From Chlorokybus atmophyticus (taxonomy: Eukaryota > Plantae > Mesostigma and Chlorokybus algae), in contig RHPI01001737.1 in NCBI GenBank assembly GCA_009103225.1, positions 926,091 through 990,090 of the forward strand: DNA of 64,000 nt, written 5' to 3'. Positions 1-11,435 of the stretch are shown here, piece after piece. How positions within the stretch are numbered: position 1 is the stretch's first letter; each line of letters opens with the position of its first letter. Both the position numbers and the translations under genes were made by a program. Under the pieces are notes generated by a model. That model ran no database searches. It had not been told where the DNA came from and saw nothing but the letters and a program-made list of their open reading frames with translations.

Positions 1-637
1 CATGGAGCGTCCAACGACGATATCAACGCACATGTTGATCAGGTACTTGCACACTTGTGGTGCCTGTGCATCATAGTGTATTCAGCACTTGTGGTAAGGG
101 CTGCAGCACAAATCACTAACACAAGTAGTTGGAAAAACATGTTGCTGATTGACATGCTAATGACTGCTTCCTGCTTGTTGGACAGTGTTTGATGCAGGTG
201 AACTGGGATTAAGAGTTGTAGCTTGCCATTGGGTCTGAAGGCATTTCCCCTCACAATGCACTTATTGCTTCACCACTAAGCTGGCGTGCTTAATGCCTGC
301 TGTGATTAGTACAGTTAGCTTAGTACCTAGCCTGACTATACAGCTTCTGCTGGTGAGTGTACAAGAGATAGTATCCTAGATTAGTGTGTTGTCACTGCAA
401 CAGTCACTGACGTAAGCCTCTAACAGTTTTGCTTCGCACAAAACTTTACATGGGACAGGCTTTGCTGCAGCATTTATTATGCACCCCACTGCATTAGCAT
501 TGCTCTTGCCTCAAGCGCATGGTCTGCGTTACAGGGGCTCCTGTGCTGTTACTAACTCTGTCATGCGTGCGTGCTTGCGTGCGATGGCGCGTGCATGCCG
601 CACAATGGAAACAATGTGAGGTTGTAAGTGTTACAAC

Positions 638-904
638 TTGCTGGCAGCTCCGTCAATGGCCGCCACACAAGCCATGTCTGAGGGGGACGCGAACTGGCGT
701 CTCAGCTGTGATGCAGCCGCTGCCCAACCGCCAAACGCTGCTCCCGCGTGCACGGACGTCCTTCATAGCCCCACTTGCCACCACTGGTACGCTTACCTGC
801 GACGTGGTTCTAGTGGTGCGCGTCTGTACCCGGCCACTGCCACGTGCAGCAGCTGCCTCAGCGCCCCTTGCATGCGGCCATCAAAGTCCATTAACATTGC
901 CTAA
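638..904 (+). CDS. Possible last exon of an unidentified gene entering from the left edge
   Basis: GC-rich open frame after a CAG acceptor-like site, ending ...PCMRPSKSINIA*. Exon-like pieces near 1-42 and 340-349 have GT donors. No recognisable domain. Confidence 0.25.
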   Translation: MLAAPSMAATQAMSEGDANWRLSCDAAAAQPPNAAPACTDVLHSPTCHHWYAYLRRGSSGARLYPATATCSSCLSAPCMRPSKSINIA

Positions 905-1524
905 ATCGCCAGCAACGGTGCAACATTGATGCCGGCCGTACCGGCACGCATGATGAACGTCATTGCGTCAACAGCTGTGTGGCCACCCGCTTGTCCCCCA
1001 TTATTTGCAGCGTTGATTGCCTGTGTCATTATAAATTGAAGTGACGATAACTGAATAATGTGAGCGTAGCGCGAAACGCATAGCAGACTTCAAGTGCACG
1101 TCTTCATATGCATACAACTATGGCTGTGTTTTACGTATTTGCATGCCTGCCTTGCGTCCAACATACGTATTAGCCTATAGCTGTTCGAGACAGCATGGGC
1201 CAGTCAATAGCGTAAGGCAGCTTGCATCCATTTCAAAAACAAAACAATGGCACGTTTTAAGCTGCACATGCATCACTTTTAAGCTTAGGGAAGCTTGGCA
1301 ACAAGGTTGCCAAACACGGCATCCAGCTTGTATGGATATCAATCCATCCGGGTTTATATGATTGGGAACTGTATGAGCTGCGCTTGTTATCAAGTTTTCG
1401 TGCGCACGTGCATAGGCAGATGCGACAGCATTCCTGTGCATTGATTCCCTTCATGCATAGCTTATCACTGCCACAGGGTTTCTACCTTGCTGAACTCATA
1501 GCCATGGCTAGATTACAAAGAACA

Positions 1525-4500
1525 TCAGACAGCTAGAGAAGGGGAGCGCTGTTTTGTGATCGCTGCCACAACCTCGTTTATGTGAGCTTGGAACACCTTT
1601 GCTGTCGTCAAGTCCAAGTCTCTGGGTATACATGTGCGGTCGCGCGTGTATGCAAGCAGACCTGCCGCAGCTCCAGCTGGTGTACCATCTGACATACACA
1701 CATGCGCAGTGTCAACATCGAAAAGCCGCTTGACAGCAATTTAACAGGCAAGCCCGCAACATTGCAGCCGCATACAGCGAGGCATTGGCACCAATACACT
1801 GTGAAGGTTGTGCACACGAGACATGCAATGGTCTGTTCACAATGCACAGACACTCCAGCAACACCCACCTTTGTTCCAACTCCTTGCAAGGGCATCCTCA
1901 GCCTTCAGCGCGCTCTCCGGTGCAGACCCGAGGCCCTCAGCACCCGCTATCAACGCATGCGCGAGCAGCCGGTACCCCACATCAGCGACTTCCGCTACAC
2001 GCGGGCTCTTTTCACCCAAACCCCTCATGGCATGGTCTACAACCATTCCATGGTTGTTAACCTGTGAAAAGCAACAAGCAATCAGTCCAGCTTGTCTATT
2101 GGTGCAACGCATACAGTGCACGCATTCACTCAGATACACACGTACAGCTTATCAATAAGAAGGTGCTAAATCACTGACCAGCTTTGCAGCAGCTCTAAGC
2201 CTGGGCTCCTCCGCCATCATTCCAGGCTCGCTTAACCGCAGCGAAGCAGCTTCCATGTCAATTGACCGTGCAGCCTCCTTTGCCTCAGCAGCCACTCCCA
2301 ACTCCCCAATCTGGAAATAACTACCAATCAGCTGTGTTTTGGAGTGACGCCATGAGGACAGGCGCTAACAGTATATGGGGCACCTGTGGGGGTAAAGCGT
2401 GCGCGTGCACGTAGTGCGTGCCCTTCAGCTTCACGTAGGCCGAGCGCGAGTCCATTGCATCATACCAACCTGTCAAGCACGGGTACTCCCCGCTTGCCCT
2501 TATGTCCAAACCCTGTGGTATCATACCACCAGATGATGTAATGCACGATATGAACAAGTAGTGCGATGCAGGAGTTTCTACAGACTAGGGAACAATATAC
2601 ATGGTATGTTGTAATACAGCATACATGATGAGGCCTTTCAGCAACCAACCAACCTTGAAGTACAATATGGAGGAGTGGATGCGCTCCAAGAAAGGGGCAA
2701 AGGTGACATCCACCTGCCAGGACAGTAGGGGATGAAGTCTTGGTAATGGTTATTTTGATGCCGCATTGCTGTTAGAAATGAGAGTAGCTAACAACTCTTG
2801 CAACAACTTGTTACATGCATCCTTACCATAGAGTAAAGCTCGCCGAGAAAGTACGGCCCTCCACTCGTTTTCAACTCTGCCTCTACCTGCGCCACAGCCT
2901 GCAGGAACTCATTCTTTCCTGCAAAGCACAAAGCCTTGAGCTCAACCGACCACAAAGCAGTTGAAGTGAGGTTAATAATAAACAATCTTGTCGAAAGTCT
3001 TGAATTCGTGCATGCAGTGTGTCGCATGGCGCCCAGGACACACGTACTCATTCCTTAATGCAAGCTCATGAGCATATCCATAACCGATAACATCAATAAC
3101 CAAGCAAAGTTCTACCTCCAGCTCCCCAGGACCATGGCGAAGCCGTTATCCAAGCGAGCCACTGCTTGGCAAGCATGCGCTCCAACTTGAGCAGCCCATC
3201 TACCCTCTCATCACCTGCCATAGTGAACAGAACACAAGTTGGCACACATTACAACAGCAGTAGCAAACACATTGCACCCAACACCTCACCTGAGGCCACA
3301 GTGTCAAAGTAACCGATACGCTTGTTGCTAAATGCGCCCGATCGAGTCTGGTAACTCTTATCCGGTAGGAGCGGCGATACGTCCCGAAACTCCTCCTCTA
3401 TAACGCGCATGATACGCGCCGAATCAGTCACGATCTTGCCATCTAACAAAATTGCAGGCACCTGGCACGCAAGGGTTGTTATGGTGGGATGAGTAAAAAT
3501 TTCTTCGACGTCACACTTGTCAGCAGAGACAGAATTGCCTTCGTTACCTGGCCAGAGGGGTTAATATCGTAGTACCAGTCGGGCTTTGCGCGAAGGTTGA
3601 GCTTCACTGTCTTGTAAGAGATGCCTTTCTCTTCCAGCTGCAGCCACACGCGATGGCAGTACGGGCACCTGTTCAACATGCCATCATAACCATGCACGCC
3701 AACTTACACGTATATGTGTACACGTACACCTACACCTACACGAACACCTACCCAATCGCATGCACAGATGTCACACGCTCACATATACACGCATGCACAT
3801 AAACACGCGCCCGCGCACGCACCAGGCATTGTGGTCTCTATACAACGTGATGCGCGCATCTTCTGGCTGTTCCTCCTGGTACATTGTGCCGGCGCTGCTG
3901 AGTCGGTCCTTCAGCTCTTCCCATGTTGGGGCAGCAGCATGCCAGCTGTTCTGTGCTGTCGCGCTCGGGGACATGATGCTTGGGTAGGTGGAATGAGGGA
4001 AAGCTGTGGTACTGGTGGCTATGTGTGCTGGTTGAATGGACTGCATGTGGCGCAATCGCTAGAAGTGAGTCGCGATTGGTGGCAATTGTTGGCAGTGTAC
4101 TGGTGCAGTTGTTGGTGCATGCTCAACCAACAACACTATCGCAACGAGGAATTAACAAGTGACTCTTGCATGAGTGAATGTGAAAATGAGGAGTGAGTGT
4201 TTGAGTAAGAAGTCTAGGGTTAATGATAATGCGTGTACCAACACTGTGGGCTTGTCATTTTCAACCTGTGCTAACAAGGCATGCGGTATGCCAGCTACCA
4301 GCTGCATGCGGTGGGAGCCACCCTCCAGAAATAGTGCGCACGCAGAATTACAAACTTTACAACAATCCAGCGTCGCACACGACCTGTACTGCATGCATGC
4401 AGCTTGCCTCCACGCACACACCTGTCCCCAGAAGCGTGACGGCGGCACCAGCGCCCGTCGCAGTCCACTGCCACGGGCCTGCCTGGCCAGTTGCAGCCTG

Positions 4501-4565
4501 GCGGAGGCAGCGGGAGGCAAGAGAACAGCTGTTGCGGCCACGGGCGCGGCCAATGCCACCGCCAT
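1525..4565 (-). CDS. Glutathione S-transferase-like protein (cyanobacterial/algal CPYC type), multi-exon, probable plastid transit peptide
   Basis: Spliced frames read YRDHNAW/CPYCHRVWLQLEEKGISYKTVKLNLRAKPDWYYDINPSGQ/VPAILLDGKIVTDSARIMRVIEEEF, then GGPYFLG...SMV and a last exon LLAYTRDRTCIPRDLDLTTAKVFQAHINE..* (stop 1525-1527). The N-terminus is Ala/Arg-rich. Introns are GT-AG. Confidence 0.88.
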
Positions 4566-4703
4566 GTAAGCTCACCCCCCACGCCCGCTGCCGCCGTCGT
4601 CGTCGTCGACTCCTCTGCCCGCGACGTAGCCACGCTGCCAAAGCGCCACGTGGTTAAATTGTACAAACTAAGTTATGTACAATCTACTCTGTTTGTAACA
4701 CCT

Positions 4704-4787
4704 GCAAGGATGGCCGAGCGGTCTAAGGCGCTGCGTTCAGGTCGCAGTCTACTCTTGTAGGCGTGGGTTCAAATCCCACTCCTTGCA
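4704..4787 (+). tRNA. tRNA-Leu(CAG): tRNA-Leu(CAG), intronless, long variable arm
   Basis: GCAAGGA/TCCTTGC acceptor stem, A box TGGCCGAGCGG, anticodon loop TTCAGGT, variable arm GTCTACTCTTGTAGGC and T loop GGTTCAAATCC. Confidence 0.97.
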
Positions 4788-4791
4788 TTTT
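4788..4791 (+). terminator. Pol III oligo-T terminator
   Basis: TTTT immediately after the tRNA, with a second TTTT 3 nt later. Confidence 0.75.
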
Positions 4792-4811
4792 ACTTTTCGT
4801 TCTCTACCAGC

Positions 4812-5126
4812 TCTACGGTATGGCATTGCGCATTCCGTATCAATGCCAGGTTTGGCATCATAGCCACCCAACTCCGGTAAACGGTAGATTGGTTACCTTC
4901 CACCTAGCGCTGGGCACAAGAACGTTTTTCGTCCGTTCCTCTATGCATGGCGCATGTAGAGGACTTTCGTTCTACGGTATGGCATTGCGCATTCCGTATC
5001 AATGCCAGGTTTGGCATCATACCCGCCCAACTCCGGTAAACGGTAGATTGGTTACCTTCCACCTAGCGCTGGGCACAAGAACGTTTTTCGTCCGTTCCTC
5101 TATGCATGGAGGCGCATGTAGAGGAC
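4812..5126 (+). repeat. Tandem direct duplication of an ~155-bp unit (period 159 bp)
   Basis: Copies start at 4812 and 4971 (TCTACGGTATGGCATTGCGCATTCCGTATCAATGCC...GTAGAGGAC) and differ at only a few positions. A degenerate third copy lies near 5925-5995. Confidence 0.92.
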
Positions 5127-5176
5127 AAACCTTTTGCAGTCACGCAGTATTACGCATAGTCACAGTAGAATGATGC

Positions 5177-5346
5177 GTGACGCAGCGTACCACGTGACGC
5201 AGCGTACCACGTGACGCAGCGTACCACGTGACGCAGCGTACCACGTGACGCAGCGTACCACGTGACGCAGCGTACCACGTGACGCAGCGTACCACGTGAC
5301 GCAGCGTACCACGTGACGCAGCGTACCACGTGACGCGGCGTACCGC
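5177..5346 (+). repeat. Minisatellite, 10 x 17 bp (GTGACGCAGCGTACCAC)
   Basis: Nine perfect copies plus a last copy with 2 substitutions, counted directly. Confidence 0.97.
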
Positions 5347-6154
5347 AATGCAATGTTTGAATTGAATACACGCTTCCGTATCCAGGTTGTATAGCAAAAT
5401 ACATGGCATAATAATGCAATGCTTCGTGTTGGATGCATGTAATCGTGTTGTTAAATGTATTTTAACAGGATTTGTCAAGGATTGTGTTCGCAAATTTGTT
5501 TTTCATAAATGAACTGTCGCATGGGTTTTTCATTGTTTATTTTTTTAATCCATGGTTAAACACCGCTTCTATACGCAGTAGCAGTTTTCGTCCAATTTAT
5601 AAATGATTCTATAGTTACTAGCTGCCGATTGCTTATTACTAGGTTGGATTGGTCAGCAACGGGTTGAAGAACCTTATGTATTAATAGGTCAATTAGCTAC
5701 TGTCTAATTTTTTGTCTATTTTCCTATTGTTTTACCTTTTCTTGCATATTTAAAAAAATGATTTGTCTGTTGTCACTTATAAATATTGCTTGTTTTATTT
5801 CGTTCGAACAAAAACAAGGTTATATAAACCTCAAAAGAACAATAATGCTCAGGTTCTTGTTGATTTTTCGTTTGCTCATGCCAGAACCAAAGTTCAGCTG
5901 CAGCCTTTTTCACCAGATCTATAATATGGCATTGCGCATACTATAACTATATCAGGTTTTGCCAATTTGGCTACCCAACTCTGCTACAATGCAGTATGGT
6001 CACTCTTCATCAGCCATGACTTCCGTTGTAAACGGAGAAAGCCAAACCCCACCCACTTAAAGTCTCTACCCCCAACACCCACGGCGTCGGCATGGGTAGG
6101 GTTGTTCGTTGCTACTATGCAAGGTGGTCACTCTTCATCAACTATAACTTCCGG

Positions 6155-6490
6155 TGTAAAGGGAGAAAGCCAAACTCCCTTAAATCCTCTACCCCAACAC
6201 CCACGCCAACGACCTTACTCACGTCGCCGCCGTGATTGTCGTAGAAAAGAACCCATGTCCCCACCATTTGTTATCAGCCATAGCTTTGACCAGTTTGGTT
6301 GTTATCATTTTGATAGGGTAAGAGCCGTGGATATCGCCCGTTGAGACTCATAACTTAAATGAGACTTTTATAAGAGCCTTAATGAGCACAGAGCGAGGAA
6401 CCAATGGAGCTTGGCATACGATTAACCGATTAAGGTCATATAAAATGAATGTCAAGGTGAAAACCTTTAAGAAAGGAAAAGCCCTTTACA
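6155..6490 (-). repeat. 3' LTR of element A (336 bp)
   Basis: TGTAAAGGG...CCCTTTACA inverted termini, preceded on the minus strand by the PPT GAGGGGGG. Homologous to 23754-24102. Confidence 0.9.
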
Positions 6491-6499
6491 TTGCCCCCC

Positions 6500-9400
6500 T
6501 CAAAGAAGGCGGCTCGCGACGCCGTTAGATGATCACGCCAACATCCGGATCCAACCCCGAAGAGGGACGAGGGTTGCACACTGAAGACATGCTGCCTCAC
6601 GCCCTGTAAGTAGTGCGGTGGGCACACACGCTAGCGAGAGTTGCATTCCCGAAGAACATGCTGGCAGTTTGATAAGTTCTTTTCGGGCTTCCACGTGTTG
6701 TGCTCAACACCATACCCTTTTCACTTGACCAGATATGACGTGCGTCCACGCTATCCTTCATATGATCAAGTATATCCTCCACCTCATATTCCGGGCCCTG
6801 TCGTCCCAGACAGCAGCAGGTGGGGGTTGAGTCCGTATATCAGCACGATAGGCTGCAAGGAGGCTCATGGGAAGTACATCATGTATCTTTCCCATTGATG
6901 CTGACAACTTCAACCGGTATGCAAGTTTGCCAACTCGCTCGCGTACGGTGCGAACGGTCCCATAAAGCGTGGCATGAGTTTGCGGGTACCCTTTGCTTTG
7001 AGTGACAAGTTCTTGATACTTAACAACACCAAGTCACTAAATTCGAACTCAACATTGCGCCGATGCTTATCAGCATACGCTTTGTATCGATCTTGCGCCG
7101 AGGCATGCACTCATGTGCTCGTTGCGTGCGTGATTACAAGTCAATCGCAAGATTGCGTGCAACTGGCACCTTATCATTGGGTGGCAAATTTAGATCAGCC
7201 ACCTCCAATGGGTATTTCGCAAGGAAGGGTGTGTTGTTGATGCTCGCTTGCCAAGCATAATTATTGATGGCAAACTTTGCCATGGCCAAGTGAACATGCC
7301 AATCACTTTTGTTAGGTGCAACAAAATGTCGCAAAGTCTCTTCCACCATCCAATTGGCACGTTCAAGTTGCCCTTCCGTCTGAGGATAAAACACAGTGCT
7401 CATGTGTTGGTCAATGTGCATAAAGTCACACACTAATTTTTAAACTGAGATGTAAATCACAGATCTCTATCCGACACAATGTTGCGTGGCAAACCATGCA
7501 AACGGAACACTAAGGAGAGGAACATCATGGTTAGTTCTTGGACACCCGTGTCCATATGGCAAAAAGCTAGATGAACCATCTCAGTTAGACGATCCACAAA
7601 CACCACAACTGTTGTATGACCGGAGGTAGTCTTAGGTAGCTCAGTATTGAGGTCCATACCAACACTCCCCCAACTCAGCCATGGGATAGGCAATGGCTGC
7701 AAAAGGCCGAATATGCTTTGCCGTCTTGGCTTGTTGCACTGACATGCAGCGCATGTCGCAACATACCGATCGACATCCACTGTCAACCCGGGCTAGTAAA
7801 AGTGTTGTTGGGTAACAGCGGTAGTCTTGGACCGCCCAAAATGACCAGCATGCGGGGGGTCATGCACACTAGTGATACACTCATTGCACAAACCATCATG
7901 ATCAGGTATGACAAGAGCATTGCCCTTGTACCACAATCCATTCCGCATCTCAAAGCCCTTTACATGTTGAGTTGTTAAACTAAGGGTCATACTTGTACCT
8001 AGTCTTGACACGTGACGAGAGTGATATGTCCGGTGCAACAGCAACAACGGCATTGATGTATGCCCGAATGCTGTTAATCATCACTGGTATGCGGCTTAAT
8101 GGATCCGCCACACCTTTACGAGTAGGACGATAGCACCATTCGAATTCAAAACAAGAAGAGATTTCATTCCAGCGTACAGCGCACTTGGCGACGAAGAACC
8201 ATTGGCTGAGTGGAAAACAACACCAGAGGGTTGTAATCTGTTATTACTGTAAAGTGTATGCCCTCGAGATAGCAACGCCACGTTTTTAGTGCATGCCCCC
8301 CTGAATGTGGCATATGCCGCATTGTCAGATTTGTGTTGCAACCATAGCAAATTCGGTTGGTTTGCAGGCCCATATGGATTCTCAGAAGCTGGAACAGAAG
8401 CAGAAGGAAAACACAGAGGCCAAGATTGCCCGACTGGAAGAGTCCGACTCCACCGTGCGTGGCTACTCGTGGCTGACCAATGGGCTGCTGCAGTTGTTTC
8501 AATGTCGCCGAGTGCTGGCGTACTCCTACTGCTTCGCCTACTATATGTTTNAGCACCGCACCACACCAAAACTTAGAAGCATCACCAATTACAGTGAAAT
8601 GTTTCTTCCAATCTGGCATTGCCAGTACAGGTGCTGCTGTTGGTGCTCGCTTGATTAAGCGCATGAATTTATCGTATTTTGCATCCCATGTAAAGCATTG
8701 TCCATTCTGCAACAATGTTGTCAACGGCAAAGTCAATAAACTGTAAACGAGTAGAAAACGTCGCAAGTAGTAAGGCAAGCCCAAAAATGACAATAGCTTA
8801 TGCTGTTGCGAGGCGTACTACGCCTAGTAGGCCAATCTTCCATGATCTTCACTTTAGTAGGATCAGGCTTTACGCCATTAGCACAAACAATGTGCCATAA
8901 GTATGGCAACTCTTGCTTACCAAAGTTGCATTTGCGGAGGTTGGCAAACAACTTGTGCTTTCGCAACCGCTCAAGAACGATTGCCACATGTGTTTTATGC
9001 TCATCTAGGTTCTTGGCATGAATGATGATGTCATCCAAGTAGGGAGTCCAAACCTATTAAGCGAGCTGCCAAACACAGCATTCATCTTGGCTTGAAAGAC
9101 TGCGGGTGCATTGGTCAAAGGAAGCGGCAACACCCTGTATTTATAATGGCCACTTGGCAATCTGAAAGCAGTCTTGTGTCACATCATTAGGATGCAACCG
9201 GATCTGATGATAACCACTGCTCAAGTCGAGTGATGTAGTGTACTTACTACCTGACAATAAGTGCAGCATGTCATCAATGCGAGGTGAAGGGTGACTATTT
9301 TTGACCGTGTTTTGTTCAATGCACGATAATCCACACACATGCGTAGCTTCCCGATTTCCTTTTTCACAAAGACAATGGGAGAGCCGTATGGGGATCTACT

Positions 9401-10250
9401 CGGCTGAATCAGACTGTTAGTTAATAACTCAATGATCTGCTTTTCCATATCTTCCCTCTCTACCGGACTTAGCCTGTAGGTAGGTCGTGAAAGAGGGGCA
9501 GATCCTAGTTTATCACGAATGGTATGACCAATACCTCTATCCGGTGGTAGTTCCCGCAAACTCATCACTGAATGTGTTCACCACTTGATGCATTTCAGGT
9601 GTGCCATTTATAGCATCGCAAGTGGCATCAGAAGAAGTGCATATATAAGCTAAAAAGGCTATTAATTTGTGCTTGCGATACACACGTTAACTTGCAAAGC
9701 ATTTAAAAGCCCTCCAGGCTCAGGCAAAGTTCGTCGCAATTGCGTGGTGAGCGTAATTTTACGCTTACCTTTGCATACAGAACATGTTTTCGCATACGCG
9801 GCTATAATCAGACGACAGCTTGTTGCCAATCAAGCCCCAGGATGACATCAGTATTGTCAATCCCAACATCTGTGACCAACAGCTTCAAACACGCCCGAGT
9901 ATGCATTAATGCGCGTGCGTGCATTGACCACGCCAAATAGAGGCAAAGTGTTACGCCCCGCGGCATGCAACAGCATGTTTGACGACATCGTCAACGATAA
10001 GCGTCCCGCTAAAGAATGATCAATGAATCTATGCGTAGCAGCGGTGTCTAACACATATGAAGCATAATAACCCGCCAAAGATTCATAAAAGGTCCATAGT
10101 AAGGGAATGAGATGACCATTAAATTCGGCCACAAGCGCATGGTCATTAAGTGGCGGAAACACCACCAACTTCATGAAAGTAGGCATTTCGGTTGTTCGCT
10201 TGAACTTGGCCACAAGGTGTCCATGTGATGTCCATGGGGACCATGAGCCA
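6500..10250 (-). pseudogene. pol of element A (PR-RT-RH-IN-chromodomain), disrupted
   Basis: Motifs as listed for element A, spread over several frames. Confidence 0.9.
8368..8550 (+). pseudogene. Fragment of an Ariadne-type RBR E3 ubiquitin ligase exon embedded in the RNase H region of element A
   Basis: AHMDSQKLEQKQKENTEAKIARLEESDSTVRGYSWLTNGLLQLFQCRRVLAYSYCFAYYMF matches my recollection of the plant ARI C-terminal Ariadne domain (SW.TNGL..LFR.RRVL.YSY.FAYYMF). It is preceded by a TTTGCAG acceptor and ends at the single N at 8551. Confidence 0.82.
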
Positions 10251-11435
10251 CTATACCATTGGAGTACGACATACCGTGTAATAGTAGGATGATGTTGCTG
10301 AAACGTAGCAAACTTTGCTAAAGCAATCGCTAAGTCAATTGGTTTGCATGCAAAGCAACACACGTGCATGTAAAGCAACACACGTGCATCATGCACTGAT
10401 TCATCTCTGTCATGCCAAATACCTTGCATGCCGCTTCTCCTCGAGCATGTCTACATTCAGCCCCAAGCCCGGGCTACCAGCATGAAGACCGCGCGCGCCC
10501 CAATCTACTGCTAGCTACTTCGTACTCCATGTAGCATGTAGCTAGGGCTACTCTATATACCTTTCTGTAGGAACCGCGCGTAGCTGATCAGTTAGGAATC
10601 TATTATCAGCTCATGTGCTATATCAAGTCTTAGGACATTGCCGTAGTAGCATACGGCCTCGATGTAACCGTTGGCCTAGTGCCCGCGTGCACTGCACAAT
10701 CATGATGTGACATGTATAACACTAGACTCACTGATGACACTGTGAGTGAGTACTAAGAGTAGAGACTCTGACTTTAAGAGCTTGTGAAGCGACTAAAACT
10801 GGAAGCACCCCATCTTTGTTGCCAAGGACTGCCTTACCACGTGAGACACAATGTATGCTCTTGTGCGCTGTGCTTGTCATTGCTGTGAGCTTAGCGGTGG
10901 TGTGTTTGCTGCATCAGTCAAGACATAGCATTTCTGAGTTGCTTGTTCATTCACCTCACTTAACAGTATAATACATCATCCACTTATGCAAAGAACTGTG
11001 TATACAACACTACCTATCGTAGTGGCTTGTTCACTCACAGTATCATCCTCTTTGCTCAAGTGAGTGCGTCGCATTTTGCATCAAATAGTGTAGTCTGTAC
11101 CTGGGGATACATCTCCGTGCATTCGTTATCACTATAATCACATAGTGCGCACACAAGCACTAGTGTGGTGAGTGGTAGCAGCATTAAGACAGACGGTTGA
11201 GCACAAGCACTCAACCCTGCATACACTTTCACCTGTGGACTGGCTGTATGAGCAGGCCCACCCCGTCTTCTCCAATAAACGAGGGTGACCTCAGCAGCTA
11301 AAGCCCAACCTCCAATCTCACCTACGAGCGGACCAGCGAGGGGAGCAACGATCGCAGCAGCAAAGGCTCGCATTTTGTCTCCGGCTTCACTCCGTTCCGA
11401 TCAACCCCTCGCCATCGAGCTTCCCCACCATCGCA

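Noticed and set aside
5177-5346. CRISPR-like array
   Set aside because: The units are contiguous with no spacers, there are no cas genes, and the context is eukaryotic.
5140-5493. Three overlapping repetitive ORFs (VRCVTWYAASRGTLRH)n
   Set aside because: These are by-products of the stop-free 17-bp minisatellite on the minus strand.
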